Shown in pieces: positions 52,058 through 61,608 of a stretch of 64,000 nt of DNA. The stretch lies in contig CAVXJS010000010.1 of the NCBI GenBank assembly GCA_963762145.1, positions 64,001 through 128,000 on the forward strand, given 5' to 3'. The translations under genes were made by a program, and so were the position numbers. Origin of the DNA: an uncultured Candidatus Rokubacteria bacterium (lineage in GTDB: Bacteria > Methylomirabilota > Methylomirabilia > Rokubacteriales > CSP1-6). The first letter of the stretch is position 1; each line of letters starts with the position of its first letter. The notes beneath the pieces are model-generated. The model had not been told where the DNA came from, searched no databases, and was given only the letters and a program-made list of their open reading frames with translations.

Positions 52058-53212
52058 TCAACCCGCGGGCCGGCGAGGATCGATCACGTTGGCGCTGGGC
52101 TGCCGCCAGACACCACGCGCGGCGCTCGCCGGCTCGTCGCGGACCGGGGTCAGCCGTCCCATGGCCACCTTGATGCTGGCGCGCATGCGGTCGATGGTGC
52201 GGGCGAGCGCGCCGATCTCGTCCGAGCGGCTCACCTCGTTGATGGTGGCCTTGAGGTTGCCGCGGCTGATCTCATCGGCGGTCCGCGTCAGGCTCCGGAT
52301 GGGCCGGGTCAGCTGCTGGGCGAAGAGGAAGGCCACCAGGCCGACGAACAGAAGGGTGAGCGCCAGCAGGACCAGCGCGTTGCGGTTGGCCTCGGCGATG
52401 AGCGCGTACGCCTCTGCGGCGTCCTGCTGGACCACCAGCGTCCAGCCGAACTTGCTCTTGCGCGCATAGCCGAGCACGGGCCGGCCTTGCTCGTTGGTGT
52501 AGGTGACCTGCTTCTTGGGGAGGTCGGACGCGCCCAGGAATGCGGCATGCTGGCTCATGTCTTTCAGGGTCTCGACGTACTCGCGTTTCGGATGGGCGAT
52601 GACCTTGCCGGTGCTGTCCAGCAGAAAGGCGTATCCCGTTTGACCGATCTGCACATTGGTGACGCTGCCGGAGACGTCGTTGATGGTCATGCCAATGGCC
52701 AGGACGCCAGCCAGCCGCTGCTCTCCCGTGATGGGGACGGACAGGATCAGGGCCGGCTGGCCGTTGGTCCGGCTGATCACGACCTGTTGACCCAGCGGCG
52801 CGCCCCGGAGTACCTGCTGGACATAGATCCGGTCCCCGTAGTTCTTCGGGGCCTCCTGATCGCTTCGGCCCACGTTACTGCCGTCGGGGGCGATGGTGAA
52901 GGCCAGGTAAATCGCCTTGTACTCGTTCACGATGGAGAGCAGCGTCCGCCGCTGCCGCTTGGGATCCATGACAATGATGTCGTCGACGGCGGCATTCTGT
53001 CGCAGCATCTTGACGTTCATGTCTACCCAGGCATCCACGTAACTCACGACCGCATCGGCGCGGTCTCCGAGCTGCTGGTCTACCTGACCCGACAGGCGCG
53101 CCGTCGCGGAAGCATAGTTGAGGTACCAGATGGCGCTCAGCGGAATCACCGCGACACCAATCATGGTGAGGAGCACCTTGGGGAAGATCCCGAACCTCGA
53201 GCGCGTGGTCAT
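52058..53212 (-). CDS. Cache + HAMP membrane sensor lacking an output domain
   Basis: Two TMs, dCache motif IGQTGYAFLLD..GKVIAHP, HAMP RPIRSL...DEIGALA; protein ends shortly after. Confidence 0.85.
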   Translation of the reverse strand: MTTRSRFGIFPKVLLTMIGVAVIPLSAIWYLNYASATARLSGQVDQQLGDRADAVVSYVDAWVDMNVKMLRQNAAVDDIIVMDPKRQRRTLLSIVNEYKAIYLAFTIAPDGSNVGRSDQEAPKNYGDRIYVQQVLRGAPLGQQVVISRTNGQPALILSVPITGEQRLAGVLAIGMTINDVSGSVTNVQIGQTGYAFLLDSTGKVIAHPKREYVETLKDMSQHAAFLGASDLPKKQVTYTNEQGRPVLGYARKSKFGWTLVVQQDAAEAYALIAEANRNALVLLALTLLFVGLVAFLFAQQLTRPIRSLTRTADEISRGNLKATINEVSRSDEIGALARTIDRMRASIKVAMGRLTPVRDEPASAARGVWRQPSANVIDPRRPAG

Positions 53213-53229
53213 ACGAACCTGCTCATCGA

Positions 53230-54138
53230 CTAGTGCCCATTGCCGTGCGCGGCGCCTTGACCCTTCCCGTTACACCCCACGCCGGCCCCGCCCCCTACTC
53301 CTCCGCCACAGCCACGTCCGCCGGTCCCGCCCCCGCCGCTCACGCCACTCGCGACAACGCCGGTAATGAGATTCAGCGGGGACGTGCGAAGGATTTGATC
53401 CAGCACCGTCCCCCATGGATCGCCTGGCGTATCAGTGCTGGAAGAAAGGAAGGTATCCCTCGCAGTCCGTTCGAGCTCCGCGCGCCAGAGGCTGCCGCTG
53501 AAACCATCGGGCAGGCTGAAGGGTTGCGGTCCGCTCGCGAGATCGGCCCAGGTGCTCGCGGCCTCGGCCGGCGAGAGGGCCCGAAGGCGGCCCGCCGCCA
53601 CGTCGTAGACCTGGCCGGCACGGACGGGTACTTCGGCGGTCCCGATCTGATCTGCCCGGGTGACGCCCACGGTTCCACGCGTCACCGTGATGAGGGTATT
53701 CGGCGTCGCACCGGGGATCGCGGGCGGGAGCACCTCGACGATCACGACAGTGCCTCGAATCGCGGCGATCGCGTTCGGTGTTCGGATCTCGATCGTCTCA
53801 CCGGAACGCATGCGACTGGGTGCGGCGCTGACGGCGAGCTTGCCCCAGGTCAATCGCACGGTCTGCTCGCGGCCGTCCTCGGTGATCGTGAAGACCGACA
53901 GCTCCCGGACGGTGACCAGGGCTTTGCCGCGCAGGAGCACTCGCACCAGTGAGCCTTCACGCGTGTTGATACGGTCGTGCTCGAAGAGATCGTCCTTGAA
54001 GCGGAGTGGCTGCGGCGTGGCCGGAGCGCGCCGGGTCAGTGTGGCTTGGCCCGACAACATGGTGACGACGCCTTGCGACGGCTGGGCGACGGCAACCGCG
54101 GGCAGGAGCACGAGGATGATGGCGAAACCCAGTCTCAT
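53230..54138 (-). CDS. Secreted FecR-domain protein with a Gly-rich tail
   Basis: Signal peptide; DRINT, IRTPNAIAAIRGT. Confidence 0.8.
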   Translation of the reverse strand: MRLGFAIILVLLPAVAVAQPSQGVVTMLSGQATLTRRAPATPQPLRFKDDLFEHDRINTREGSLVRVLLRGKALVTVRELSVFTITEDGREQTVRLTWGKLAVSAAPSRMRSGETIEIRTPNAIAAIRGTVVIVEVLPPAIPGATPNTLITVTRGTVGVTRADQIGTAEVPVRAGQVYDVAAGRLRALSPAEAASTWADLASGPQPFSLPDGFSGSLWRAELERTARDTFLSSSTDTPGDPWGTVLDQILRTSPLNLITGVVASGVSGGGGTGGRGCGGGVGGGAGVGCNGKGQGAAHGNGH

Positions 54139-54220
54139 CTGGCGAATCCTGTTCTGGCCAGTGCGGGCACTCGATGCCTTCAGTGCAGGAAGACGTGTGG
54201 TCCGGCCGCTCATAGAGAGG

Positions 54221-54237
54221 TGCAAGCGGGCTGCCAA
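54221..54237 (-). promoter_or_regulatory. Sigma54 promoter of the FecR/Cache/DUF4388 operon
   Basis: TTGGCAGCCCGCTTGCA, near consensus. Confidence 0.65.
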
Positions 54238-54637
54238 GGGCGTTGGTCGCTCGCGAAACCGGAAAGGGAACCTTTGTCAGGTGATGGTGCGTGGCCGGCG
54301 TGTGCGTCGAGCCAATTGCCGTTTCATTCGGAGACATCCTGGACGTCCGACAGGTGACGCGGAGGGGAAGTCCCGCAAGCTCTGCATGGGGCCAGATCTG
54401 GAATTCCGACACGCATCTTGAGCTCAGCGGAGAGACCAGCGGTTCAAGGGGCGTCCTGGCTTTCCACTCCATGCGCCCGCGAGGAGCTGGCCACGCGCGT
54501 CCAGCAACTACTCGAGGCTGAGACAAAATAACGCGCAGTGACCGCCTGCCGACAGGTCACTGACGGCAAATCATCGTGTTCTCGAGGGGTCGTACATTAA
54601 ACGACCGTGAAATCACTCGGTAGCCCCGCGCACGGCT

Positions 54638-54653
54638 TGGCAGACGGTATGCA
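54638..54653 (+). promoter_or_regulatory. Sigma54 promoter
   Basis: TGGCAGACGGTATGCA, GG-N10-GC, about 28 bp before ATG 54681. Confidence 0.55.
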
Positions 54654-54680
54654 CCACCAGGACCACTACGCCAGGACTCA

Positions 54681-55151
54681 ATGCGCAGGAGGCTCCTCGA
54701 TATGATGCCAGTGCTCGCACTCACAGCGATCGTAGCTCTCGTAGTCGTAAGCCCGGTGGCGGCGGATAGTGTCAGCATTGGCGTCAAGATTGACGTGCCG
54801 ACGCCACCGCGGGTTGTCGTTGTGCCTCCACCCCCGCCGGTCGTCCTCGGGGCTCCCCCCAAGCTCGTTGTAGTCTCGGGTTCGCCCGTATTCTATGCGC
54901 CGGGCATCGGCATCAATTTCTTCGCTTACGGCGGCCGCTACTACAGCTTCCACGAGGGGGCGTGGTTTGTCGCGACGACACATGGCGGCCCGTGGGCGAC
55001 GATTGCGCTAGGTCGAGTGCCGCAGCCAGTCCGCGCGGTTCCGGTCGCGTACTACAAGATTCCTCCGGGGCACGCGAAGAAGATGGAGGGCCGGGGTGAA
55101 GCGCCAGGACGCGGCTGCCCGCCCGGGCTCGCCAAACAGGGGCGCTGCTAG
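54681..55151 (+). CDS. Secreted proline-rich protein (PPGHAKK/GCPPGLAK type)
   Basis: Signal peptide, VSIGV, poly-Pro, FFAYGGRYY, GPW. Confidence 0.75.
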   Translation: MRRRLLDMMPVLALTAIVALVVVSPVAADSVSIGVKIDVPTPPRVVVVPPPPPVVLGAPPKLVVVSGSPVFYAPGIGINFFAYGGRYYSFHEGAWFVATTHGGPWATIALGRVPQPVRAVPVAYYKIPPGHAKKMEGRGEAPGRGCPPGLAKQGRC

Positions 55152-55153
55152 AC

Positions 55154-55462
55154 ATGCGCTTCGTCATTGCGGTAGCACTTAGCGCAGGCATCGTACTCGT
55201 CGCCGGGCGGGTGGACGCTCAGTACCGGTACACGGACGACAAGGGTGTCAGCAAGATTACCCAGTACAAGCTGCACGTCCCCGCTCACTATCGCGACGCC
55301 GCCGTCTGGATCGGACCAACCGGTGTTGGCCGTCCGGGTTTGAGTGAGGAACAGCGGCAGTGGAAGCGTCGTGAAGACGCATACCGCCGCATCGGGATGG
55401 CGATCGATGCCAGAAGAAATCGGCCGGCGGAAAATCCGGCAGGTTTCAGCGGGAAGCAGTAG
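55154..55462 (+). CDS. Secreted hypothetical protein (DUF4124-like)
   Basis: Signal peptide then YRYTDDKG...VPAHYR. Confidence 0.6.
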   Translation: MRFVIAVALSAGIVLVAGRVDAQYRYTDDKGVSKITQYKLHVPAHYRDAAVWIGPTGVGRPGLSEEQRQWKRREDAYRRIGMAIDARRNRPAENPAGFSGKQ

Positions 55463-55512
55463 AGCTAGAACGCCAGCGCCAGTTGCGAGGTGATTAGCGT
55501 TACTGGTCAGGC

Positions 55513-55607
55513 GCGAGCCGTCTCCTCCGGGACGACCTCCACGTGCGCTCGTCGATCGCTACCCCGTACTCCCGCCGCGCGTACGCGAGGCTGATCTTTT
55601 CCTCCAT
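55513..55607 (-). repeat. Remnant of a hydantoinase B 3' region (copy B)
   Basis: About 95 bp nearly identical to 60000-60095 (MEEKIS.AYARREYGVAIDERTW). Confidence 0.88.
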
Positions 55608-55789
55608 AAACCACTGGGCATCGATGAGCTGCTTGCCCGCGTCCACGGCGTTCTCCTGCAGCCTCGCTGAACGGATACTCGGCCCGAGGGGCCCGCGGGC
55701 CCGAAGAAACCACTTGGTTGGTGACGCCAGGCCGGATGTCGCGGGTGGGCTCTTCAGGTGTAGGCTCCCAGTGCGAGAGGAATTGGAGG

Positions 55790-56173
55790 ATGGCCATGAC
55801 AACACCACACCGGATCATCCTGGGGGCGGTGCTGCTTATCCTGGGCGGCACGCACGGCGCGCTGGCCACAATCAGTCCGTCTGGCATCGACGCGCGGCTG
55901 CGGTTGGATTGGGAGGTCGGCCAGACGCGCGGTGGACGCCCCGAGGTCCAAGGCTACGTTATCAACGACAACATGCGGCCAGCGATGAGTGTGCGGCTGC
56001 TCGTTGAGACGCTCGACAGCAATGGCCAAGTCACTGACCGTGCCCACGGCTTCGTGGTCGGTGCTGTCCCGGCATTGAGTCGCGGTCCCTTCGTTGTTGC
56101 CCTGAAGACAGGCGGCGCGAGCTACCGGATCAGCATCACCGAGTTCACCTGGAAGGACGGCGGCTCCGGGTAG
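55790..56173 (+). CDS. Secreted hypothetical protein (Ig-like/FxLYD-like)
   Basis: Signal peptide; LRLDWE, GYVIN, VRLLVETLD..G. Confidence 0.6.
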   Translation: MAMTTPHRIILGAVLLILGGTHGALATISPSGIDARLRLDWEVGQTRGGRPEVQGYVINDNMRPAMSVRLLVETLDSNGQVTDRAHGFVVGAVPALSRGPFVVALKTGGASYRISITEFTWKDGGSG

Positions 56174-56176
56174 GAA

Positions 56177-56377
56177 TCACTTCTTGCGAACGTCCTCCGT
56201 GGTGATTGTCGTCACCCGATTCTGATAGTCGGATCCCGTCAGCCAGCGCACCTTGTAGCGGCCATCCCCCAAGACCGTGATGATTTCGCCCTCGACGTGC
56301 TCCTGGCTCTGGCGGAGCACGACAACATCGCCGGCTCGCAACTGAGGCCGGGGCGGAGGTGGCGAGGGCTTCGCCAT
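56177..56377 (-). CDS. Small SH3/Tudor-like hypothetical protein
   Basis: AGGAG RBS; LRAGDVV...GEII...YKVRW. Confidence 0.5.
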   Translation of the reverse strand: MAKPSPPPPRPQLRAGDVVVLRQSQEHVEGEIITVLGDGRYKVRWLTGSDYQNRVTTITTEDVRKK

Positions 56378-56814
56378 GATCGGCGCTCTCCTCAATGTCT
56401 CAACGGGCTGGAGCTAGCCTCGCCCTCGAGCACCGCCGCTGTGGCGAGCTCGAGACGGCGTCCACGATCCACGCTCGCATGTGCCCTCCACGGCAGCGAT
56501 GAAGGGGCGAATGAGGGACCCGAGACTACCGCCGTTCGAACCTGTTTTCCAGTCCGAGCTGCTCGGCAGCGTGCGCCGAATCGCCCTTATTGCGTCGGCC
56601 AACTCCCTGGAGAATACTCCCTGCGGCATCCGTCCGGCCGTGCCCGTGGGCACCGGAGCGTCCCGTCATGGCGCCGAGCCTCCCTGCAGGTCCTGCCGCC
56701 CTTCACCGAGGGCCGCGGGGCCATGCCCTCATACATCGCTTGGCGGTGGGCGAGCGCGCCGTCGGGCAGGCCGAGCCACGGCGAGACGTCGGCGTGCACC
56801 TCCCTCGCAGTTCC

Positions 56815-58046
56815 TTACCGGAACGCCGGGATGATGTGCTTGGCGAAGAGCTCGATCTGGCGCTCCTCCTCCTCCCACGACATGAAGCCCTGATCGAAGA
56901 ACCACCCGAACCACTCGAGGTCCCCGCTTCCGCCGATCTTCTGCAGCGCCTCGATCTCGCGCTTGACCTGATCCACCGTGCCGCTAGCCCGTACTTGACC
57001 TTGCGCATCCGGTCGACCGTCCACTCCGCCGGCGGCAGGGGCGTGTACGGGTCGAGCGGGTACTTCGCGTTGTCCTCCGGGGTGCGGAACGCCTCCCAGA
57101 AGCCGAAGCCGCCGAAGTAGTGCTGGAACCCCGCGTAGTTGGTGTCGCGGAGCAGGGCGACCGCCTCGGCCTCGGTCTTGCCGAAGTGCACGGCCCGGAA
57201 CGCGCCCACGCTCTCGCCCAGCCCGAGCGTGCGGCCATTCTCGGCCGCGACCTCCTGATAGATCGTGCAGAGGCGCTGGAAGTCCGGCGGATGCGCCACC
57301 AGGATCCACGGCACGATGCTCGACTTGGCGGTGTAGCGGATGGTGTTCTCGCTCACCGAGAACGGCTGGAACATCGGCGGGTGCGGCTGCTGATAGGGCC
57401 TCGGGACGACGCAGATCTTCCGGACCACGCCCTCGTCGTCGATCTCCCCGGGGGCGCCGTACTGCCGCGTCCAGTCGGCGACCGGCCAGCGCCGGATCCC
57501 TTCCTTGTAGGGGAAGGGGACCTTGTAGTACTCGCCGTCGTGGTCCCACGCCTCCTCGGTCCAGGCCTTCTTGATCACCGTGACCGCTTCCTCGTAGACC
57601 TTGCGGTTGTGGTTGTCGATGGAGGAGCCGTCCATGGGCGCCCCCGTGACGTGGTACTGCTGGCCCAGGACGTTGACCCAGCGATCCTGGTAGCCGCGCG
57701 CGAACCCGGCGTAGATGCGCCCCTTCGTCAGGTGGTCGAGCACCGCCAGCTCCTCGGCGGCGCGGATGGGATCCCACGACGGCAGCACCAGGCCGAGCGG
57801 GGAGAACTTGATCCGCTTGGTGCGCGCGGCCAGATCGGCGTAGATCAGCAGCGGCGCCACCGACGTCTCGTAGCCTTCGGAGTGGAAGTGGTGCTCGGTG
57901 GTGGCGAGCACGTCGAAGCCCGCGTCGTCGGCGAACACCGCCAGCTTGCGCAGCTCGTCCAGCATCTGCTGGTAGCGCTCGTTGTTGCGGCCGATGGGCC
58001 GCAGGCGCTTGCGATCCTCCAGGGTGCCGGGCACGGTGGGCAGCAG
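56815..58046 (-). CDS. LLM class oxidoreductase; appears 5'-truncated; indel near 56985
   Basis: TEHHFHSEG, AAEELAVLDHLTKGR, PYQQPHPP; C-terminus QIELFAKHIIP in the other frame; the usual first residues are missing. Confidence 0.8.
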
Positions 58047-58103
58047 TGCGAGTCTGCGCTCGGACTAAGGGGAGGTCAAGGCCACCAGCCGGGGTGACTG
58101 GTG

Positions 58104-58430
58104 CTACAGACGCATCCGCTGCGCTTTGGACTCCTGGTGCCACACCAGGTAGCACGGGAAGTGCGCGGCCACGGCCCCCTGGGGGCTCGCCACCTCGTAC
58201 TCGACTTCTCTCGCGCTGACTGCGGCGGAGCAGACGGCACACGCCCGCCCGCTCCCGGTGCCGGCCGCGACGTGGCCATTCACGCTGGCCAGGCGGCCAT
58301 CGGTCAGGGCGACGTGGACGACGGTCCGGAGGAGGTCGGAGGCGTGGTAGCGGGAGACCCGGTGGCCGGCTCGGTCGCGCATGGCGCCATCTACCGGAGC
58401 AAAGCTCGTGCCGGTGATCTTCGCCGGCAA
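58104..58430 (-). CDS. Small CxxC...HxxC putative zinc-binding protein
   Basis: GSGRACAVC...AHFPCYLVWHQES; paralogue of 36885-37178. Confidence 0.6.
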   Translation of the reverse strand: MPAKITGTSFAPVDGAMRDRAGHRVSRYHASDLLRTVVHVALTDGRLASVNGHVAAGTGSGRACAVCSAAVSAREVEYEVASPQGAVAAHFPCYLVWHQESKAQRMRL

Positions 58431-58525
58431 TGAGGCCGGATAGGTGGATCCTTCCGACCGCGTCGACCCTTGGCACGCCCATATGTTGGCGACCCGGTGT
58501 CACTTCCCGTCATCCGCAGAGAACG

Positions 58526-58559
58526 ACCGCACCGAGAACGTCATGGTCCCCATGCGCGA
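58526..58559 (+). repeat. 34-bp fragment of the CocE gene 5' region
   Basis: 33/34 identical to 34575-34608. Confidence 0.85.
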
Positions 58560-58670
58560 GGCTTCAGTCCCATCTGACTGGCGTATCCAGGTCAAGAGCT
58601 GCAACATAGGTGCGCTGCCCCAGCGGCCGAATTGACCTGGACACTATGCGGCGGAGCACGGAGAACACGT

Positions 58671-59930
58671 ATGAGTGAAGCGTTGGGTGGGCTCTTGCTC
58701 GGCGTCGTGATCCTCTTGGCCTTGGTCGTGTGGTCGATCCGCCGCCATAGAGACCCTGACCTGCACGTCGAGTGCGACTTGCCTATCGACGAGCTGATGC
58801 CCACGCTCTCGGGCTTGACGCTGGGCACGGCGGTGGCCGGCAACAAGGTGGAGGTGCATGAGAACGGCGCCTTCTTCGATGTATTGATCGGCCGCATCCA
58901 GGCCGCGCGAGAATCCGTGCACTTCGAGACGTTCCTGTGGAAGGAGGGCGCGCTCGGCCGGCGGGTGGCCGATGCGCTGATCGAGCGAGCGCGAGCGGGC
59001 GTGAAGGTGCGCGTAATGCTGGACGCAGTAGGCTCGAAGCACGCGGGCAAGGCCGTCGTGCGCGAGATGCGCGACGCGGGCTGCCGCGTGGTGTTCTTTC
59101 ACGACCGGAGGGTGCAAAACATCGGAGTGTTCAACGACCGCGACCATCGCAAGCTGATGGTGATCGACGGGCGCGAGGCCTTCGTGGGCGGTCATTGCGT
59201 CGTGGACGAGTGGCTGGGCGATGCGGAAGACGGAAAGCACTACGCCGACATCAGCCTGCACCTCCATGGGCCGATCGTGCACAGCGTGCAAGGCGCCTTC
59301 AGTGAGAACTGGGCTGGCGAGACCGGCGAGCTGTTCGTGGGCAAAGACGTGTTCCCGGTGCTGGAACCGGCGGGCGACGTCCTGATGCACGCCGTGTTCG
59401 CAAAACCCGAGAACTCGGCGCCCACGGTGAAGATCCTCCACCACACCGCCATCTGCCTGGCACGTACGCGCATCTGGATCCAGAACCCCTATTTCATCCC
59501 CGAGCCGGATGCCATCGACGCCTTCGGCGATGCGGTGAAGCGCGGCGTGGACGTGCGGGTGCTGATGCCGTCGACCAGCGGATCGGACAATCCCATGGTG
59601 CAGCACGCCGGCCACCGCAACTTCGAGAAGCTGTTGAGGTGTGGCGTTCGCCTGTTCGAATACCCGCACACCCTGCTGCACCAGAAGGTCATGACTGTCG
59701 ACGGGGTCTGGAGCGCTGTGGGCTCGAGCAACTTCGACGACCGCTCGTTCGAAACAAACGACGAGATCACCCTATCGATCAGGGACGAGGCGCTCGCGCA
59801 GCGGCTTGACGCGGTTTTCGAGAAGTACGTCCCGCGCGCGACAGAGGTGCAACTCGAGAGCTGGCGCAAGCGCCCGCTGACGCACAAGCTGAAGGACAAC
59901 TTCTTCTACATGCTGAACGAGCTGCTCTGA
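58671..59930 (+). CDS. Cardiolipin synthase-like phospholipase D
   Basis: Two HKD motifs (HRKLMVID, HQKVMTVD), GSSNFDDRSF, N-terminal TM. Confidence 0.92.
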   Translation: MSEALGGLLLGVVILLALVVWSIRRHRDPDLHVECDLPIDELMPTLSGLTLGTAVAGNKVEVHENGAFFDVLIGRIQAARESVHFETFLWKEGALGRRVADALIERARAGVKVRVMLDAVGSKHAGKAVVREMRDAGCRVVFFHDRRVQNIGVFNDRDHRKLMVIDGREAFVGGHCVVDEWLGDAEDGKHYADISLHLHGPIVHSVQGAFSENWAGETGELFVGKDVFPVLEPAGDVLMHAVFAKPENSAPTVKILHHTAICLARTRIWIQNPYFIPEPDAIDAFGDAVKRGVDVRVLMPSTSGSDNPMVQHAGHRNFEKLLRCGVRLFEYPHTLLHQKVMTVDGVWSAVGSSNFDDRSFETNDEITLSIRDEALAQRLDAVFEKYVPRATEVQLESWRKRPLTHKLKDNFFYMLNELL

Positions 59931-59969
59931 CAGACAGATCGGGCCCGCCGCCGCTGCTGCAACGGCTGC

Positions 59970-60365
59970 TCAGCGGGCGGTCTGAGCCGCCGCGCGAAGC
60001 CGCGCCGTCTCCTCCGGGACGACCTTCCACGTGCGCTCGTCGATCGCCACCCCGTACTCCCGCCGCGCGTACGCCGGGCTGATCTTCTCCTCCATCACGT
60101 CGCGCAGCACGCGCTCGGGATCGCGCGCGAACGGGTCGCCCCAGCCGCCGGCGCCGGCCAGCTCGTGGCGGTAGACGTCGCCGTGCCGCACGGTCAGCGT
60201 GCACTTGGCGGGCAGCTCGCGCTCCTCCGTGCCGGGGTTGATGATGGCCTCGGCATAGTTGGCGGTGGTCGACAGCACCTTGCAGGTGCGCGCGACGCCG
60301 TCGGGCGACACCAGGACCAGGTTGGTGAAGGTACCGCCCACATCCACTCCCAGCCGGTAGCTCAT
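59970..60365 (-). pseudogene. In-frame deletion chimera: hydantoinase/oxoprolinase A N-terminus joined to hydantoinase B C-terminus
   Basis: YRLGVDVGGTFTN...KVLST joined near 60240 to GAGGWGDPFARDPERVLRDV...YGV. Confidence 0.85.
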
Positions 60366-60563
60366 GCTGATCTCCCGAAGCCCGCCAGCCCGCGCGGAAA
60401 GAAGATGACGAAGACCATGATCACGAAGCCCACCGCGACCAGGTTGTACACGACGCCGACGAAGCGCAAGCCCTCGTAGAGGCCGTAGAGCAGCAGCGCG
60501 CCGAGCACGGGACCCCACAGCGTGCCGAGGCCGCCGAAGACCACCATGCCGATGACCAGCGAG
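60362..60563 (-). pseudogene. 3' remnant of a LivM-like permease
   Basis: MVVFGGLGTLWGPVLGA...FFPRGLAG; no matching 5' part. Confidence 0.8.
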
Positions 60564-60648
60564 GTCGTCGCGGCACACGGGCGGCGGGTGGCTGGATGGA
60601 CGGCTCGCGAAGCCTTGTGGCAGACTCTCCCCGGAAGGAGACGCGCCC

Positions 60649-61590
60649 ATGTCTGCATCCGCGACACCGGACCTCGTCATCCGTCAGATCGTCGACGCCA
60701 TGAGGACGCTGGCCGGCCCCCATCCCGGCTTCCGTCCCGTCCACGCCAAGGGCCTCGTCTGCTCGGGAACGTTCCGCGCGTCGGCGGACGCGCCCCGCGT
60801 CACCCGGGCGCCCCATTTCGCCGGTCAGCCGGTGCCGACCGTCATCCGGTTCGCCAATTCCAACGGCAACCCCGAGGTGCACGACGGCGCCCCCAACGTG
60901 CGCTCGATGGCGGTCAAGTTCCAGCTCGGCGGCGGCAAGAGCGCCGACATCCTCGCCAACTCGGTCGAAGGGTTCGTCGCACGGACACCCGAGGAGCTGC
61001 TCGAGTTCCTGCGGGCGCAGCTCCCCGTGCCGGCCACCGGCCGGCCCGACCCCGACGCGCTTCCGCGCTTTCTCGCCAGCCATCCCGCCGGCCGCGGCTT
61101 CGTCGAGCGCCTGATGAAGCGGCCGGTGCCGGCCAGCTACGGGCAGGTGACCTACTTTGCCGAGCACGCCTTCCGCTTCACCGCCGCGGATGGCACGAGC
61201 CGATTCGGTCGCTATCGCTTCGTGCCGCAGGCCGGCGAGGCCTTCCTCTCGCCTGACGATGCCGGCAAGCGAAGCGCGAGCTTCCTGAGCAACGAGCTGG
61301 ACGGCCGGCTGCGGACCGGCCCGGTCGCGTTCCGGCTTCTCCTGCAGCTGGCCGAGGCCGGCGACCCGACAGACGACGTCACCGCGCTGTGGCCCGAGGC
61401 GCGGCCCCTGGTCGAGCTGGGGCGTCTGGAGATCACGGGCATCTCCCCGACGAGCGCGGCCGACGAGCGGCGCCTGATCTTCGACCCCACCAACCGGACG
61501 GACGGCATCGATCTCTCGAGCGATCCGATCCTGCTGGCCCGGTCGGCCGCGTATGCCATCTCCTACGATCAACGAACCAAGGGCGAATGA
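60649..61590 (+). CDS. Catalase-related peroxidase (SrpA-like)
   Basis: FRPVHAKG, VIRF, RSMAVKF, DPILLARSAAYAIS. Confidence 0.9.
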   Translation: MSASATPDLVIRQIVDAMRTLAGPHPGFRPVHAKGLVCSGTFRASADAPRVTRAPHFAGQPVPTVIRFANSNGNPEVHDGAPNVRSMAVKFQLGGGKSADILANSVEGFVARTPEELLEFLRAQLPVPATGRPDPDALPRFLASHPAGRGFVERLMKRPVPASYGQVTYFAEHAFRFTAADGTSRFGRYRFVPQAGEAFLSPDDAGKRSASFLSNELDGRLRTGPVAFRLLLQLAEAGDPTDDVTALWPEARPLVELGRLEITGISPTSAADERRLIFDPTNRTDGIDLSSDPILLARSAAYAISYDQRTKGE

Positions 61591-61608
61591 ATAGCTGTGC
61601 CCGAAGCC

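Noticed and set aside
56414-56800. Short ORFs downstream of the LLM gene
   Set aside because: No recognisable motif or consistent frame; cannot be supported
58471-58487. TGGCACG sigma54-like half site (also CTGCACG...ATGCA near 10450-10465)
   Set aside because: Each lacks one of the invariant GG or GC dinucleotides at N10 spacing
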